A stretch of DNA of 64,000 nucleotides from assembly GCA_964016885.1 (NCBI GenBank), contig OZ024758.1:22258001-22322000 (forward strand), read 5' to 3'. The position numbers and the translations under genes were made by a program. The first letter of the stretch is position 1, and each line of letters starts with the position of its first letter. Under the pieces are notes generated by a model. That model was not told where the DNA came from. It worked only from the letters and a program-made list of their open reading frames with translations, and did not search any database. Origin of the DNA: Eledone cirrhosa (Eukaryota). Positions 12,401 through 23,803 of the stretch are shown one piece after another.

Positions 12401-13286
12401 GAATAGGAAATAAAAAAAACTGACTTTTATATCTTTCTCAACAGCATTAGTAAAGTATGGTTGGCAACTGGAATTGGGCTGCAGACTGTTTGTCAGAAGC
12501 TAACCTTCAACTATATTGGTAACAAACGCAATAAATTTTGTTCCACATTTTTTACAACCTTTACTACACCATTTCTAGCAGGAATTTATAAAAAATAATA
12601 GTTTTCCAAATCAACATTGATTAATTATTCAAGCCTAATAAAGTTGGAATCGGTCAACAACATTCAGCTTTGAAGGTTGTTTGCTTTTTTTCCCCAAAAC
12701 AGCAGTTTTCTTTCCTAATTATTCTTGTTTGCTTGTTTGTTTGTTTAAGGTTCGCAAAAAATTATATGATTAGTTATATGAAGCAAATTTCAAGTACCTT
12801 TCTTTGAACTCAATGTTTCTACGGTATTACACCCGATCAGATATTAACATTCTTTGTTATTTAGTAAATAATAAGTGTAAAAATATATGAATATATGTTA
12901 GTGTACTAACATAATATATCAATGGAATTAAGCATTAACCATTTAGCATTTACATTACTCTATATTTACTATCATATTTTCATGGTAATTATCTCACAGA
13001 ATTATTTCACATAGTATCGAATCTATGAGATTTTGATATCATTTATTTTGAGAACAATACCTTAACATCAATATGAGCAGCTGGTTACAGCCAGTTTGAA
13101 CAGAAAGAGGTAGAGAATTCTGGCTGGATATGGCCGGTTTAAATGCTAAAAGGTTATGGTAATTCTTACGGGGATTCGGTTAAGATAAATAAGTTACCTC
13201 TTTGCTACACCAACTACAGTCTTCTCCGGCTGTTATACATGCTCCACATGTCGGCTGTTTTTGACATACATTGTGTTTTATGTTTT
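145..13286 (-). CDS. ITGB: Integrin beta subunit (beta-1/betaPS-like), partial multi-exon gene with 10 coding exons in the window
   Basis: Exons 13198-13286, 8331-8429, 7032-7113, 5212-5343, 4193-4289, 3554-3638, 2873-2959, 1533-1613, 817-894 and 145-330 all have AG/GT boundaries and compatible phases (1016 nt). The translation contains PSI CxxCIxxGxxCxWC, [53 protein letters not shown] and DYPSIGQL. Orthology to a specific vertebrate paralog is not determinable. Confidence 0.97.
607..795. repeat. 33-bp minisatellite, ~6 copies, intronic
   Basis: TAGAAATTGCTGCACATTAGACAACTAAAACAG-like unit recurring every 33 nt. Confidence 0.9.
817..894 (-). CDS. ITGB: Integrin beta exon ([26 protein letters not shown])
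   Basis: atatag|CTT...CAG|gttggt; 78 nt, phase 0-0; conserved LGG..PNDG.CHL. Confidence 0.95.
1078..1305. mobile_element. piggyBac-type MITE (family C, ~225 bp); ~25 copies in the window
   Basis: TTAA-CCCTTTAGCATTTA...TAAATGCTAAAG(G/A)G-TTAA terminal inverted repeats. Other copies near 4718, 4940, 10118, 12016, 12935, 21349, 22440, 24369, 25717, 26137, 29383, 32536, 33217, 36680, 39697, 40081, 48236, 51905, 54645, 60420, 60712, 61681 and 62695. Confidence 0.85.
1533..1613 (-). CDS. ITGB: Integrin beta exon ([27 protein letters not shown])
   Basis: ttttag|GAT...AAA|gttagt; 81 nt, phase 0-0; conserved IGWR and TD..FH.AGDGK. Confidence 0.96.
2392..2772 (-). mobile_element. SINE-like element with (ATG)n tail; young subfamily also at ~22930-23345, 35845-36231 and 52755-53235
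   Basis: Near-identical copies; shared GGTTGGTGTTAGGAAGGGCATCCAGCTGTAGAAA core and AACCCATGC...GGACGTTAAACGATGATG tail. Confidence 0.8.
2873..2959 (-). CDS. ITGB: Integrin beta exon ([29 protein letters not shown])
   Basis: cctag|GAC...GAT|gtaagt; 87 nt, phase 0-0; SyMBS/MIDAS NLDxPE motif. Confidence 0.96.
3025..3445. repeat. (CT)n/(CA)n compound microsatellite
   Basis: Direct reading. Confidence 0.95.
3554..3638 (-). CDS. ITGB: Integrin beta exon with specificity-determining loop ([28 protein letters not shown])
   Basis: ttttag|AAAG...GCA|gtaagt; 85 nt, phase 2-0. Confidence 0.94.
3953..4138 (-). mobile_element. tRNA-derived SINE (family A, ~190 bp); ~25 copies in the window
   Basis: Head has an A-box-like TGGCAGTATCGG and B-box GAGTTCAAATCCC. 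Body GCCTTTCATCCTTACGGGGTCGATAAAATAAAGTACCAG resembles the Meta/MESC-type central domain (from memory); (ATT)n tail. Other copies near 5665, 6070, 9490, 13435, 13703, 14234, 16080, 19375, 24215, 35395, 35578, 37021, 40120, 42258, 44300, 49636, 59690, 60067 and 63043. Confidence 0.88.
4193..4289 (-). CDS. ITGB: Integrin beta exon ([31 protein letters not shown])
   Basis: ttgcag|CT...AA|gtaagt; 97 nt, phase 1-2. Confidence 0.96.
4718..5173. mobile_element. Two family-C MITEs in inverted orientation sharing the TTAA at 4940-4943
   Basis: ...GCTAAAGGG-TTAA-CCCTTTA...; internal sequences are reverse complements. Confidence 0.85.
5212..5343 (-). CDS. ITGB: Integrin beta exon with MIDAS DxSxS ([43 protein letters not shown])
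   Basis: tttag|AT...G|gtaagt; 132 nt, phase 1-1. Confidence 0.97.
6209..6490. repeat. ~146-bp tandem duplication (SINE head plus flank)
   Basis: CTCAGATCTTAAAAAGCCGTAA...GTGTTTGGACCT present twice. Confidence 0.9.
7032..7113 (-). CDS. ITGB: Integrin beta exon, start of hybrid domain ([27 protein letters not shown])
   Basis: aacag|AAT...A|gtaagt; 82 nt, phase 0-1; QIQPQ..L.IRP motif. Confidence 0.93.
7400..7945 (-). mobile_element. RTE-clade LINE 3' fragment, decayed
   Basis: Translation ...[27 protein letters not shown]...; 3' end matches the copy at 17445-17690. Confidence 0.8.
8331..8429 (-). CDS. ITGB: Integrin beta exon, second half of PSI domain ([33 protein letters not shown])
   Basis: ttctag|GTC...AAG|gtaaga; 99 nt, phase 0-0; RCD....L...GC....NP motif. 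Confidence 0.93.
8478..9370. repeat. 57/60-bp tandem array derived from the left end of the family-C MITE, ~15 copies
   Basis: Unit AACCCTTTAGCAGTTACATTACTCTATATTTACTGTTGTATTTTCCTGATAAAGGTTTTT. Confidence 0.92.
10958..11650 (+). repeat. 48-bp SINE-internal minisatellite (~10 copies) followed by the SINE 3' tail
   Basis: Unit TGTAGGTGTCATGACAAAAAGCACCCAGTCCACACTGTAAAGTGGTTG, then SINE core and (GAT)n. Confidence 0.92.
13198..13286 (-). CDS. ITGB: Integrin beta exon, first half of PSI domain ([29 protein letters not shown])
   Basis: tttcag|AA...GAG|gtaact; 89 nt, phase 1-0; CxxCIxxGxxCxWC motif. Confidence 0.94.
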
Positions 13287-13897
13287 CTGAAAAAAATAAC
13301 AATAATAATAATAAAAATAAATAAACCAAAAACCCTCAACATTTGAAAAAAAAAAAAATTATTCAAGTAAATGTCCAACCAATTAAAAAATTAAAATAAA
13401 ACAACTTAGTTTAATATTTTACCTGAAGTTACATAGTTGTTTCTACGTTAGGCACAAGGCCAGCAATTACCCAGTACATTACTGGTACTTTATTTTATCG
13501 ACCCCGTAAGGATGAAAGGCAAAGTTGACCTCGGCGGGATTTGAACTCAGAATGGAAAGGGCCGTAATTCTATGCGTCAAAGCATGGCGTCCGACCCTCT
13601 ACCGATACTGCCAATCCACTGTCTAAGTTACATAATATAATATAATTGTCCGACCCTCTACCGATACTGCCAATCCACTTACCTGAAGTTACATAATATA
13701 ATATAATTGTTTCTACTTTTTGGCACAAGGCCAGCAATTATCCCAGTGTATTACTGGTGCTTCATTTTATCGACCCCGTAAGGATGAAAGGCAAAGTTAA
13801 CCTCAGCGGGATTTGAACTCGGACCATAAAGGGTCATAACTCTTTGCTGCAAAGCATGGCGTCAGACCCTCTACCGATACTGCCAATATAATATAAT

Positions 13898-14503
13898 ATT
13901 AACCTTCTTGCCAACAACAACCCCAAACACCTTTTTGAATTCCATGTGTCTAACACCCGTGGGCATGTCTATAAAGTCAGAAAACGGTACAGCTCCCATG
14001 ACTTTCGGAAACATATTTTTCATGCTCAGAGTTGCTGAAGCATGGAGCAAACTACCTGCATCAGTTGTTAACTGTTGGGTCACTGCATCCTTCTAAACGT
14101 CTATGCTTCCTGAAATTCGCCAACACTATACCTGATATTCCCCCTCCATACACATGCATGCATGTATAAATATCATGACTCATACACTGTTCACTTCACT
14201 GACATTTGTACATTATTCTATATACTATGGTATTGGATTGGCAGTATAGGTAGATGGTTAGACGCCATGGTTGGCAGCATAGAGTTATGGTCCTTTACAG
14301 TCTGAGTTCAAATCCTGCCAAGGTTAACTTTGCCTTTCATCCTTACAGGGTCAATAAAATAAAGTACCAGTAATGCACTGAGATAATTTCTGGCCTTGTG
14401 CTAAAAGTAGAAACAATTATTCTATATACTATACATGCACCTTTGATGAGTTGTAGTGCACCTGAGCACAGTACACAATTTTCATTATTATTTCATTATT
14501 ATA
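13898..14503 (+). mobile_element. CR1/L2-like LINE 3' fragment interrupted by a family-A SINE (14234-14420)
   Basis: ...FFMLRVAEAWSKLPASVV...; SINE flanked by duplicated ATTATTCTATATACTAT. Confidence 0.8.
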
Positions 14504-15456
14504 ATAGCATTTATTAATGAGAGCATCATTCTTCTGTCTGAAGTTACCTGTCACCAAATTCAACAAAGGGAGCTTCTATGCACTCTCATAGAAATAATAG
14601 CTAATGTTAATTCTTCCTCAAATTACACACTACCATCATAAAAAAGGAAGAATACAGTGGAAACTGTAATCGTAGATATATAAATTATTCGATGGGTCTT
14701 CATAAACTAAGTATTCAAATGGGGTTACTGATCTCTCAGAAGAGCTGTGGTTCTGCATCTTGCTTATATATGGTTCTGCAAACTACCAAGTGCATTTTAA
14801 TGAGACACCAGCATGAGGAAGGTTCTCACATCTTTGATACAATTGAATGTTCCTCCCAAACCTTTGTTTGGTGAGCTTCCCATGGCTGGATACCCTTCCT
14901 ATCACCAACCACTTTACAGCATGTTCTGAGTGTATTTATCATGTAGGCCACCAACACTCGAGAGGTTGTTGTTGGCTGCTGACACAACTGAAGAGTTCTT
15001 TCGACCCCTTTTGGCATGGTTTCTACAGTGGGGTGCCCTTCCCATTGCCAAACATCTTATAGGGTGCACTGGGTACATTTTTCATGGCTCCAACAAATTA
15101 GAGGTTGTCAGTTATTATTCCAATTGACAACTGAGGTACAGTTTGCCTTTCATCCTTACACGGGTGATAAAATAAAGTACCAGTAATGCACTGGGGTAAT
15201 TGCTGGCTTTGTGTCAAAAACTAGAAAGAATTATTTCAACTGAAGTATTATCTTTGTTCTGTGGGGAGTAGAGAGAAGGAAGATAAGAAGTTATGAATGT
15301 AAGTGTGGGAAGATTTGACAGGGTGATGGGTAGGGATGGGGGTGAATCTCCCCTCCCACCCGATAACATAGGGGAGTAGTCACAGGTATGACAGGAGTTA
15401 TAGAGAAGGGGGTGCAGTGATGATATGAATAGCTGAGAGGCGATAGTAGGGTATTC

Positions 15457-15745
15457 AATAGAGTTGGGGGAGAGGGGTGGGAACTCACCTGCGTTGGGAC
15501 TTTAGGGAAGTGGGGGTGTTTGATAGAGTTGGGGGAGAGGGGTGGCTACTCACCTGCGTTGGGACTTTAGGGAAGTGGGGGTGTTTGATAGAGTTGGGGG
15601 AGAGGGGTGGCTACTCACCTGCGTTGGGACTTTAGGGAAGTGGGGGTGTTTGATAGAGTTGGGGGAGAGGGGTGGCTACTCACCTGCGTTGGGACTTTAG
15701 GGAAGTGGGGGTGTTCGATAGAGTTGGGGGAGGGGTACTCACTGG
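15457..15745. repeat. 65-bp G-rich minisatellite, ~4 copies
   Basis: GATAGAGTTGGGGGAGAGGGGTGGCTACTCACCTGCGTTGGGACTTTAGGGAAGTGGGGGTGTTT. Confidence 0.9.
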
Positions 15746-16752
15746 TGTTGGGATTTTAGAGAAAGGGTGTGTAGTGATGGTGATAATAGCTAAGGGTGGT
15801 GGTGGAAGGATGAAAGATGGGGTGGAGGTACCCAAGGATGGAGGGAGTAGCTATTAAGGTGTGATTATGAAGATATCTATTCAGGACTTTAAAGTAGCAG
15901 GGAGTGTAGTAATGTTAAATCTAATATAGCACACACGCTCAAACACATTAGAAATGCTTCATATCTTTCTTTTTATCATCATAGTTTCCCAGACAATTTA
16001 CCATAAGTTAATTTGTTAAGTTGCCTATAATTTTAAATATTGTAACCAGACGAAAATATTTAATGCAGTGTAATAAGATATAATCGTTTCTACTTTTGGC
16101 ACAAGGCCAGCAATTATCCCAGTGTATTACTGGTACTTTATTTTATCGACCCCCGTAAGGATGAAAGGCAAAGTTAACCTCGGCGGAATTTGAACTCAGA
16201 TCGTAAAGGGACGTAACTATGTTGGAAAGCATGTCTGACCCTTTACCAATATTGCCAAACCACCATAAGATATAATGATAGTATCCTATTTTGGTAAAAT
16301 GAGTTACATCAAATTCCCACCTATACCTCACTGTTAAAACTAGAGAAAGATCTGGGGGGAAGTATTTAAAAAATTGTGTGTAGGCATGAGCCTGGGTGTG
16401 AAATACAGACATATGCAAATATTTAGTATATTAAGGATATAAAGAAAATGTCAAATGTTTTATAATGGGACATAACTCCACCTCTCCCCACAACAACTAA
16501 TAACATAATCACAGATATTAACATGACCTAGTAAGGCATGTTAGGTTACAGATGGAAATGCTAGGCAAGTTAGAAAATATAAATATATTTCTCATAATTT
16601 ATATGAAGATAAATAAGTTGGTCTTGATCATCTGGATAAATTTTACCATCTTTGTTTCTTTCATTTCAGCTAATTTTTGTTTACACTTTGCCCCCTCCCC
16701 CTCCACTCACCCAACATTATTGAAAGAGTAGCTATCATTACTACCGCTCTCA

Positions 16753-17024
16753 TTAACCTCTTCGGTGCCATAGATGAGATAACTCATCTTAACATGTATG
16801 CATTCCAGTGATAACTCATCCTAACATGTTTTAACTATTTTCCAATAGTTCATAATTTCAAAGCTAGATGGAGTTACTAGTTTATTGATGTGACGTTTGT
16901 CAAATCATTCAGATATGTGTTTTTAATAAATGTTTGTTTTAAAAAAATAGTCATTTTACTGAAAAAAAAAACCCCAACACAGCAACTGTAGCTGTGTAAA
17001 ATATACATTGCAGTCAACAGGTTA
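16753..17024. mobile_element. Older TTAA-flanked (piggyBac-like) MITE
   Basis: TTAACCTCTTCGGTGC...GCAGTCAACAGGTTAA imperfect TIRs. Confidence 0.5.
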
Positions 17025-17444
17025 AATACATAACATACAACAAGTTGTACATGTTTTCTGAAGCTTCTGTTTTAATATGAAAATATTCAGAATAGATGGA
17101 AAGACAAATTTTCTGGACAAAGGAATCACAAAAGGATTTTATAGAATATATTTTAGACATTAAAGGAAAAAAAAAAAATCAAAAAAATTTTTGTTGCATA
17201 ATGCAAACATTGCTAGTGGTACCATATAGCCCAGTAAAACCTGCCCCATGGTCGAGTAGTCGGTGACTAAACCAGCTCCCCCAACAGACCCTGGTCTGGT
17301 GAAGAGGGTAGGTGGAACTCCAGCAACACAAAAAACAAGAGCTGTTAAAAGGGTGGCTGAATTCCTCAGAGTCACTGGCCATCCACCCCAACTATGCGTT
17401 AAATAGCCTCACCAACCTGCAATTGGCCAAACTTGGTGAGTATG

Positions 17445-17690
17445 GCATGTGGTTAGAATATCTCAGGAAAGAATCGCTGGACAGATTTTATGGGAAAAAC
17501 CAACTGGCAGGAGACCCAGGGGTAGACCCTGGGCAAGATGGTTGGATAACATCCATAAGTTTGGCTGGTCGCACTTGGGGATCCAGCTGGATCAGTTGGA
17601 GATGCCTGCTTCTGACAGGACCCGCTGGAAGGAGTCTTTGAGGACTCTGCCCCCACGACCCTCTCAGGAATAAGTGGAAGCAGAAGAAAA
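17445..17690 (+). mobile_element. RTE-clade LINE 3' end
   Basis: VVRISQERIAGQILWEKPTGRRPRGRPWARWLDNI...DRTRWKESL, typical RTE ORF2 C-terminus. Confidence 0.85.
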
Positions 17691-17963
17691 TTTTAAGAAG
17701 ATTTTAAAAGTAATTAACAATCAATATACTACTTTATCATTAATCTGTCACAGCAGTTTTTGTTGACTTAAAAAGTAAGTAAATTGTGTCAAATCAGCTA
17801 TAATTAATGCTTTAAATCTAAATTACAACAGATCTTTATTTGATCTTTCGGATGTTATTGCATATTTAACATAGTTCTTACATGTAATGCAAGTAAAGTC
17901 TAGTAACTCCAAAGGCTTCCTTCCGCCTACACAGCCTGAGTCACACGCTTATATATAAATATA

Positions 17964-17999
<36 letters not shown>

Positions 18000-18727
18000 A
18001 CAACAACAAGCTTCATTAAACAGTTTTCATGAGATATCATAAGTTGAAGAACTTACTCACAGAATACCCTATAAATAGCAAATCTGGCAAGAATTGCTGC
18101 TAAACTTCAAATATGCATCACTAGTGAGATAGAAATAGTAGCAGGCAGATATGTGAGAGAAGGAAACCAGCCACTAGTGAGTAGGCAGCAAGATAAACCA
18201 GAAACTGCTTCTGTTTTTTCATTCCCTGCCTTATAAAACATCTGAATGTTTAAGCAAGAGAAGTAGCTAAACTTAGACTTTAAAATATACATTAAAAGAT
18301 TAAGATATTTTCTCTTCTCTTCCTCTCTTGGTTACATACTTAATTTTTTTGGTGGGGAATGAGAAACTATTACTTAAAACAACTTATATGAATATATCTA
18401 TATCTTACAAAATCAAAACTGAAATAATATTAATGTATATTAAGATATAGTTGATGTTACAACATTGTATCACATCACAATGATTTAGTGTTAAAGAGTA
18501 ACAAGCATTTATTTTATGAAGAATATTTTTCTTTTCTGAAACAATAGACAGAAAAGCAGTCCAACTCTTCTCAAAGACACACATTTCTATAGGAAAATAA
18601 GGCAAGATTAGATCAGAAAGAAAGAAAGAAAGAAAGATAAATAGCCATCTGTTGTTAATTACTAAAGAAAGCAGCATACAGTGTATATCAAAAGTAAAAC
18701 AATAAGAAGTATATAAGTATTCACACA

Positions 18728-18734
<7 letters not shown>

Positions 18735-18772
<38 letters not shown>

Positions 18773-18834
18773 ATATATATATATAAGTGTGTGTGTATAT
18801 ATATATATAAGTGTGTGTGTATATATATATATAA

Positions 18835-18871
<37 letters not shown>

Positions 18872-18885
18872 AATATATATATATA

Positions 18886-18919
<34 letters not shown>

Positions 18920-18952
18920 CGTACATATATATACATATATATATATATATAT
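18735..18952. repeat. (TA)n/(TG)n microsatellite
   Basis: Direct reading. Confidence 0.95.
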
Positions 18953-19949
18953 GGTTGTTTATTTTTATTTGTTCATTTATTTTTCTATTGAGAAAACAGT
19001 GGGAAAAATTACAAATCTGAGAAAATGTCTTTTTATAGTCAGAAAGCTGAACCATATGTGGTTTGGTTGGAGTAAGAAGTCAATCCACTCCAGTCAAATA
19101 TTTCTATATATATACCTTGGTTAAGGAATGAATTAAACGGAATATTTTTGTGTTTTGTTTTGTTAAAACTTTTACATGAATTTAAATAAACTGAATAAAT
19201 TGTCTCTTACAGTAGTTAAAAATACTTTCTAGACAAGTTAAAATAAAATATTTTATACAAAATTAATTGAGATTATTTTTCAGAGGTTTTGCAAGCAAAA
19301 ATTCAGAAATTTTCTCAATGAACATTGTTAACTACAAGGAGATCACAACCAACTTTTATGATCATTCATAATAAATAATTGTTTCTACTTTTGGCACAAG
19401 GCCAGCAATTACCCCAGTGCATTACTGGTACTTTATTTTATCGAGCCCGTAAGGATGAAAGGCAAAGTTAACCTCGGCAGGATTTTAACCATAAAGGACC
19501 ATAACTATGCTGCCAAGCATGGCATCTGACCCTCTACCGATACTGGTGCAAATCTACACCAAGCCTACGCGAGATATTCGCAAGGGACTGCACCGAGAGG
19601 GATAGAGAGAAAGAGTAACTTAGGGGAAAGAGTGCTAATGAACTTTTAAGGTAAGTAGCCTACGCCTTACTGCTATGACACTGGAACCTTCTGCTAACTT
19701 AACCTGTGACTTTCTCTTTCACATTTACTCCAATAGGCCAAAACAGAGGAGTATGAAAAGAAGGGGCTCAACAATATTTCTATGAACAATGCACACAGAC
19801 AGCTAAACTGTACTTTAAACTTCTTAATTTTCTCCAAATAAAAGAAGTTTCCTGTCGGTATATTTTCGTGAGTTTTTAACAAGCACTCACAAATAAACGT
19901 TTCTCATTGGAGGTGCTATTACCAATGTTCTTACCCGTGCAATGCCGGG

Positions 19950-20180
19950 ATTGTACAGTACTCAGGTGCACTACAACACATCAAAGGCGTATGTATAATA
20001 TACAAATGTCAGGGAAGTGAACAGTGTATGAGTCATCATATACACACAGATATGTGTGTGTGTGTGTGTGTATGGAAGGGGGAATATCAGGTGTAGTGTT
20101 GGCGAATTTCAGGATGTATGGAAGTTTTGAAGGATGCAGTGTCCCGACAGCTAACAACTGATGCAGGTAGTTTGTTCATA
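19950..20180 (-). mobile_element. CR1/L2-like LINE 3' fragment
   Basis: Reverse complement of the 3' end seen at 29170-29360. Confidence 0.8.
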
Positions 20181-20759
20181 AACAAATCCGCTTGCAAAAT
20201 CAATGTTTTCAATGAAATATATCCATCATATTAAAACTAAGAAAGACAAATGTATATTTATCTCATGAAAAGACTAATAAATAATTAATAAATACCTGAA
20301 GACATTCACAAAAAATAATGTAAGAATTGACAAAGCTCAGGAAAAAAGAATATACTGGAACTAGTTAATTATTGCTTTGCTATCATGCTGAATTTATAAA
20401 TCAGAATTCAAAACCCTTTGTAATTAAAATTAAAATATATTTTTTTAATTCTTTTAGTGGTTTTGGTCATAAGATTGTGGCCATGATAAGGCACCATCTT
20501 AATTTAGTCAATCATATTGATCACAGCACTTTATTTTGTCAAACTTAACTTTGATAGGTTTCAGCCAGTATTGGCCCAGGCCATGTCTAACTTAATAGCA
20601 CCAACTAACTAAAATTATTAAGACACTTATACTGTAGATCCTGGCTGAGATTGAGCTCCCGACTAGTATCTCCACCATCTTTAATACCTCCCACTAGGTC
20701 ACCGAGACGGCTACTAGTTTTATCAATCTATTTTTGTCAAAATGCAAACATATGCAGAG

Positions 20760-20920
20760 GGATGGGTGCTTCTGCAGTTTCCATCTTTCAAATTCCACTC
20801 ACAAGGCTTTGTTAAACCAGAGGCTATCGTTAAAAACACTTGCCCAAGGTGACACACAGCAGGACTGAACCCAGAACCATACGGTTACCAAGCAAACTCC
20901 CTTAAATACATAACTATGCT
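20760..20920 (-). mobile_element. Decayed tRNA/CORE-type SINE (second copy ~52430-52555, opposite strand)
   Basis: CCACTCACAAGGCTTTG...CACTTGCCCAAGGTG...GGACTGAACCC; CORE-like CACCTTGGGCAAGTG; resembles common octopus SINEs (from memory). Confidence 0.65.
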
Positions 20921-21942
20921 TGAGCTTATAATTTTTTTATAATTGGTTTGATCTCAAGAAAGAAGCTGTGCTGATGGTCTTTACAGAGATGGATGATATT
21001 AACGTTCTGCTTGAACTCTTACAAATTGACAACTTCATGAAAATATGATTTTGAAGGAGAGTAATTTGAAGCCTTTGTTGTTGATATCCAGGTGAGAGAG
21101 GGGAGTGATGGGGATAGTGGAATCTACAATGTACAGACAACATCTTTTGAAGTAAAGTTTTAAGTGGACAGAAAAGTTGGACTATAAACAAAGGTTGAGA
21201 GACTTAAGAGGAATAGGATGTGTAGTTTGTGTGTTAGTAAGAGATAATGTGTAAGTTTCAGCTTCAATTGGAATTTAAGAATGTTAGGAGAGAGAATTAT
21301 CTAGTAGGTTTAGTATTAGTATCTGGAGAAGTGTAGTGTTGGTGTAAATTAACCCTTTACCATTTACATTACTCTATATTTACTATTGTATTTTTGTGGT
21401 AAACGGCTTTACCTCACATAATTATCTCACATAATATCGAATCTACAAGATTTTGATATTTATTTTGAGAACCATAACTTAACATCAGTCTCACCAGCCG
21501 GTTATGGCCAGTTTGAACAGAAAGAGGTGAGAGAATTTGGCCAGATATGGCCAGTTTAAATGCTAAAGGGTTAAAGTTAGAATAACTCAGTCAGAACATT
21601 GACCAGCATGCTTGTAACACAGCAAACTCACAGGCCTTTGTATATTTTAAAGAAACAGGAGATTAAAAATTCTGTTTCAACTTCAAATAGTACTTGTACT
21701 AGTGATCAGAATTAGAAAAGTAAATAAACTGATTTAGTGAACAAAATAAACCTGACTAATGATCAGTTTGTTTAGATTTTGACTTAAGGACTCTTGGCTT
21801 CATGAATTATTTGCTCATTTACCTCTATTTAATGGGATTGATATAAGTGGTATATAAATTTGATATATGGTACTATGTTGGTAGATAATGGATGAAATTA
21901 GTACACAAGTAGAGCTAGCTAGTTTTAAAAGTTATCACGTAC

Positions 21943-22350
21943 ATATTGAATATAACTAGATTTAATTCTTCAATCATGTCAGTTCAGTTATATATTTCAA
22001 ATATTTACAGAGATATTTTAATCAACTATTTGATCTAGAACCAATAGTAAACTAAAATATATCAAAAGTAATATTAAAAGTAATATTGAATATAACTAGA
22101 TTTAATTCTTCAATCATGTCAGTTCAGTTATATATTTCAAATATTTACAGAGATATTTTAATCAACTATTTGATCTAGAACCAATAGTAAACTAAAATAT
22201 ATCAAAAGTAATATTAAAAGTAATATTGAATATAACTAGATTTAATTCTTCAATCATGTCAATTCAGTTATATATTTCAAATATTTACAGAGATATTTTA
22301 ATCAACTATTTGATCTAGAACCAATGGTATACTAAAGTATGCCAAAAGTA
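21943..22350. repeat. 140-bp tandem triplication of AT-rich unique sequence
   Basis: ATATTGAATATAACTAGATTTAATTC begins at 21943, 22083 and 22223. Confidence 0.92.
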
Positions 22351-23803
22351 ACAACCCAGCTCTACCTGTCATCTGGAAATTAAACCAGTAGTTAAACTAT
22401 AAGGGGAATTCAATGGACCTCTTCGATAGTTTCTAGCATCAACCTTTTAGCATTTAAACCAGCCATATCCAGCCTGAATTCTCTCACTTCTTTCTGTTCA
22501 AATCAGCTGTAATCAGCCACTCATACTGATGTTAAGGTATTGTTCTTAAAATAAATAATATCAAAATCTCATAGATTCGATATTATGTGAAATAATTATG
22601 TGAGATAAAGCCTTTACCATGGAAGTATAATAGTAAATATAAAATAATGTAAATGCTGTACCCGGCCAGAATTCTCTCGCCTCTTTCTGTTCAAACTGGC
22701 CACTCATACTGATGTTAAGGTATTGTTCTCAAAATAAATAATATCATAATATCATATATTCGATATTATGTGAGGTAAAGCCTTTACCACAAAAATATAA
22801 TAGTAAATATAGAGTAATGTAAATACTAAAGGGTTACAAAATGAATTAAATTTTATTGCTGTTACAAACACTGGTTCATTGAACAACTCCACAAAAATGA
22901 TTCCATATGATAAACAAAATATAAATAAACATCATCATCAACGTTTAACGTCCGTGTTCCACGCTTGCATGGGTTTGGACGGGGGGTTTTCCCACTTGAG
23001 GCAAGAGTGATTGTCTTGCTCGCATAGGACTGTCTGGCGGGTTTTCTACAGTTGGATGCCCTTCCTAACACCAACCACATTTACAGTGTGGGGCTGGGAG
23101 GTTTTTACCGTGTTGCCTACACGGCCACATTACAGCGTGGTCTGTGTGTTTTTTTGTCGTGACACCTACACGATCTCATTTGTTTCGGCCTGGATGGTGT
23201 GGCACCAACACAACTTTACATTACATAGAAGGGGGCCGTGTGGATGGGGTGGTGGGGCGGGGGTGTATTTTGTTAGAGATGCCTACTGACTGTAGTAGGT
23301 TTTACTATGTATTTAGGTAAGGCGGGTCTTCTCTATTACTGAGTACCGCCAAAGGTCTATGATAAATAATTAAAAGCAAATTCAATAATTATTGTCACTG
23401 ATTTCTATAAGAATCTGAAGAAATCTCTTCAAATCTCTTCAGTAGTACATGAAAATATCATTGAGCTAACAGATATAATCAGTATATAATTAGAAAATTA
23501 TTAATCAGTTCTATAAATCAGCTGTACATGGAATGGTGAACTAAAATGAGGAAGCCTAATCAGACTGGCAATTTGCCTAGACATACTTGCATGGTGGGAA
23601 ACAAAAATATGTGAGCTCAACCAAATAGAAAACTACACGAGTTTGTGTTGAATCAAAATGAGACAATTATTACAGCTTAATTAAGTGAATCTCTAATTAA
23701 CCGTTCATATAAACACACTAATTATTCTTTTACAAACAAGACATACGACATACCGATATCTCCCCTTCGTTATTTTTGTCTGTGTTTTTATATCTTCCCA
23801 ATT

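Noticed and set aside
12445-12518. Plus-strand AG..GT-bounded segment with an open frame (possible antisense exon)
   Set aside because: No recognisable product, weak donor and no partner exons
19545-19610. Minus-strand AWC motif as the PSI exon
   Set aside because: In-frame stop directly before it; the true PSI exon is at 13198-13286
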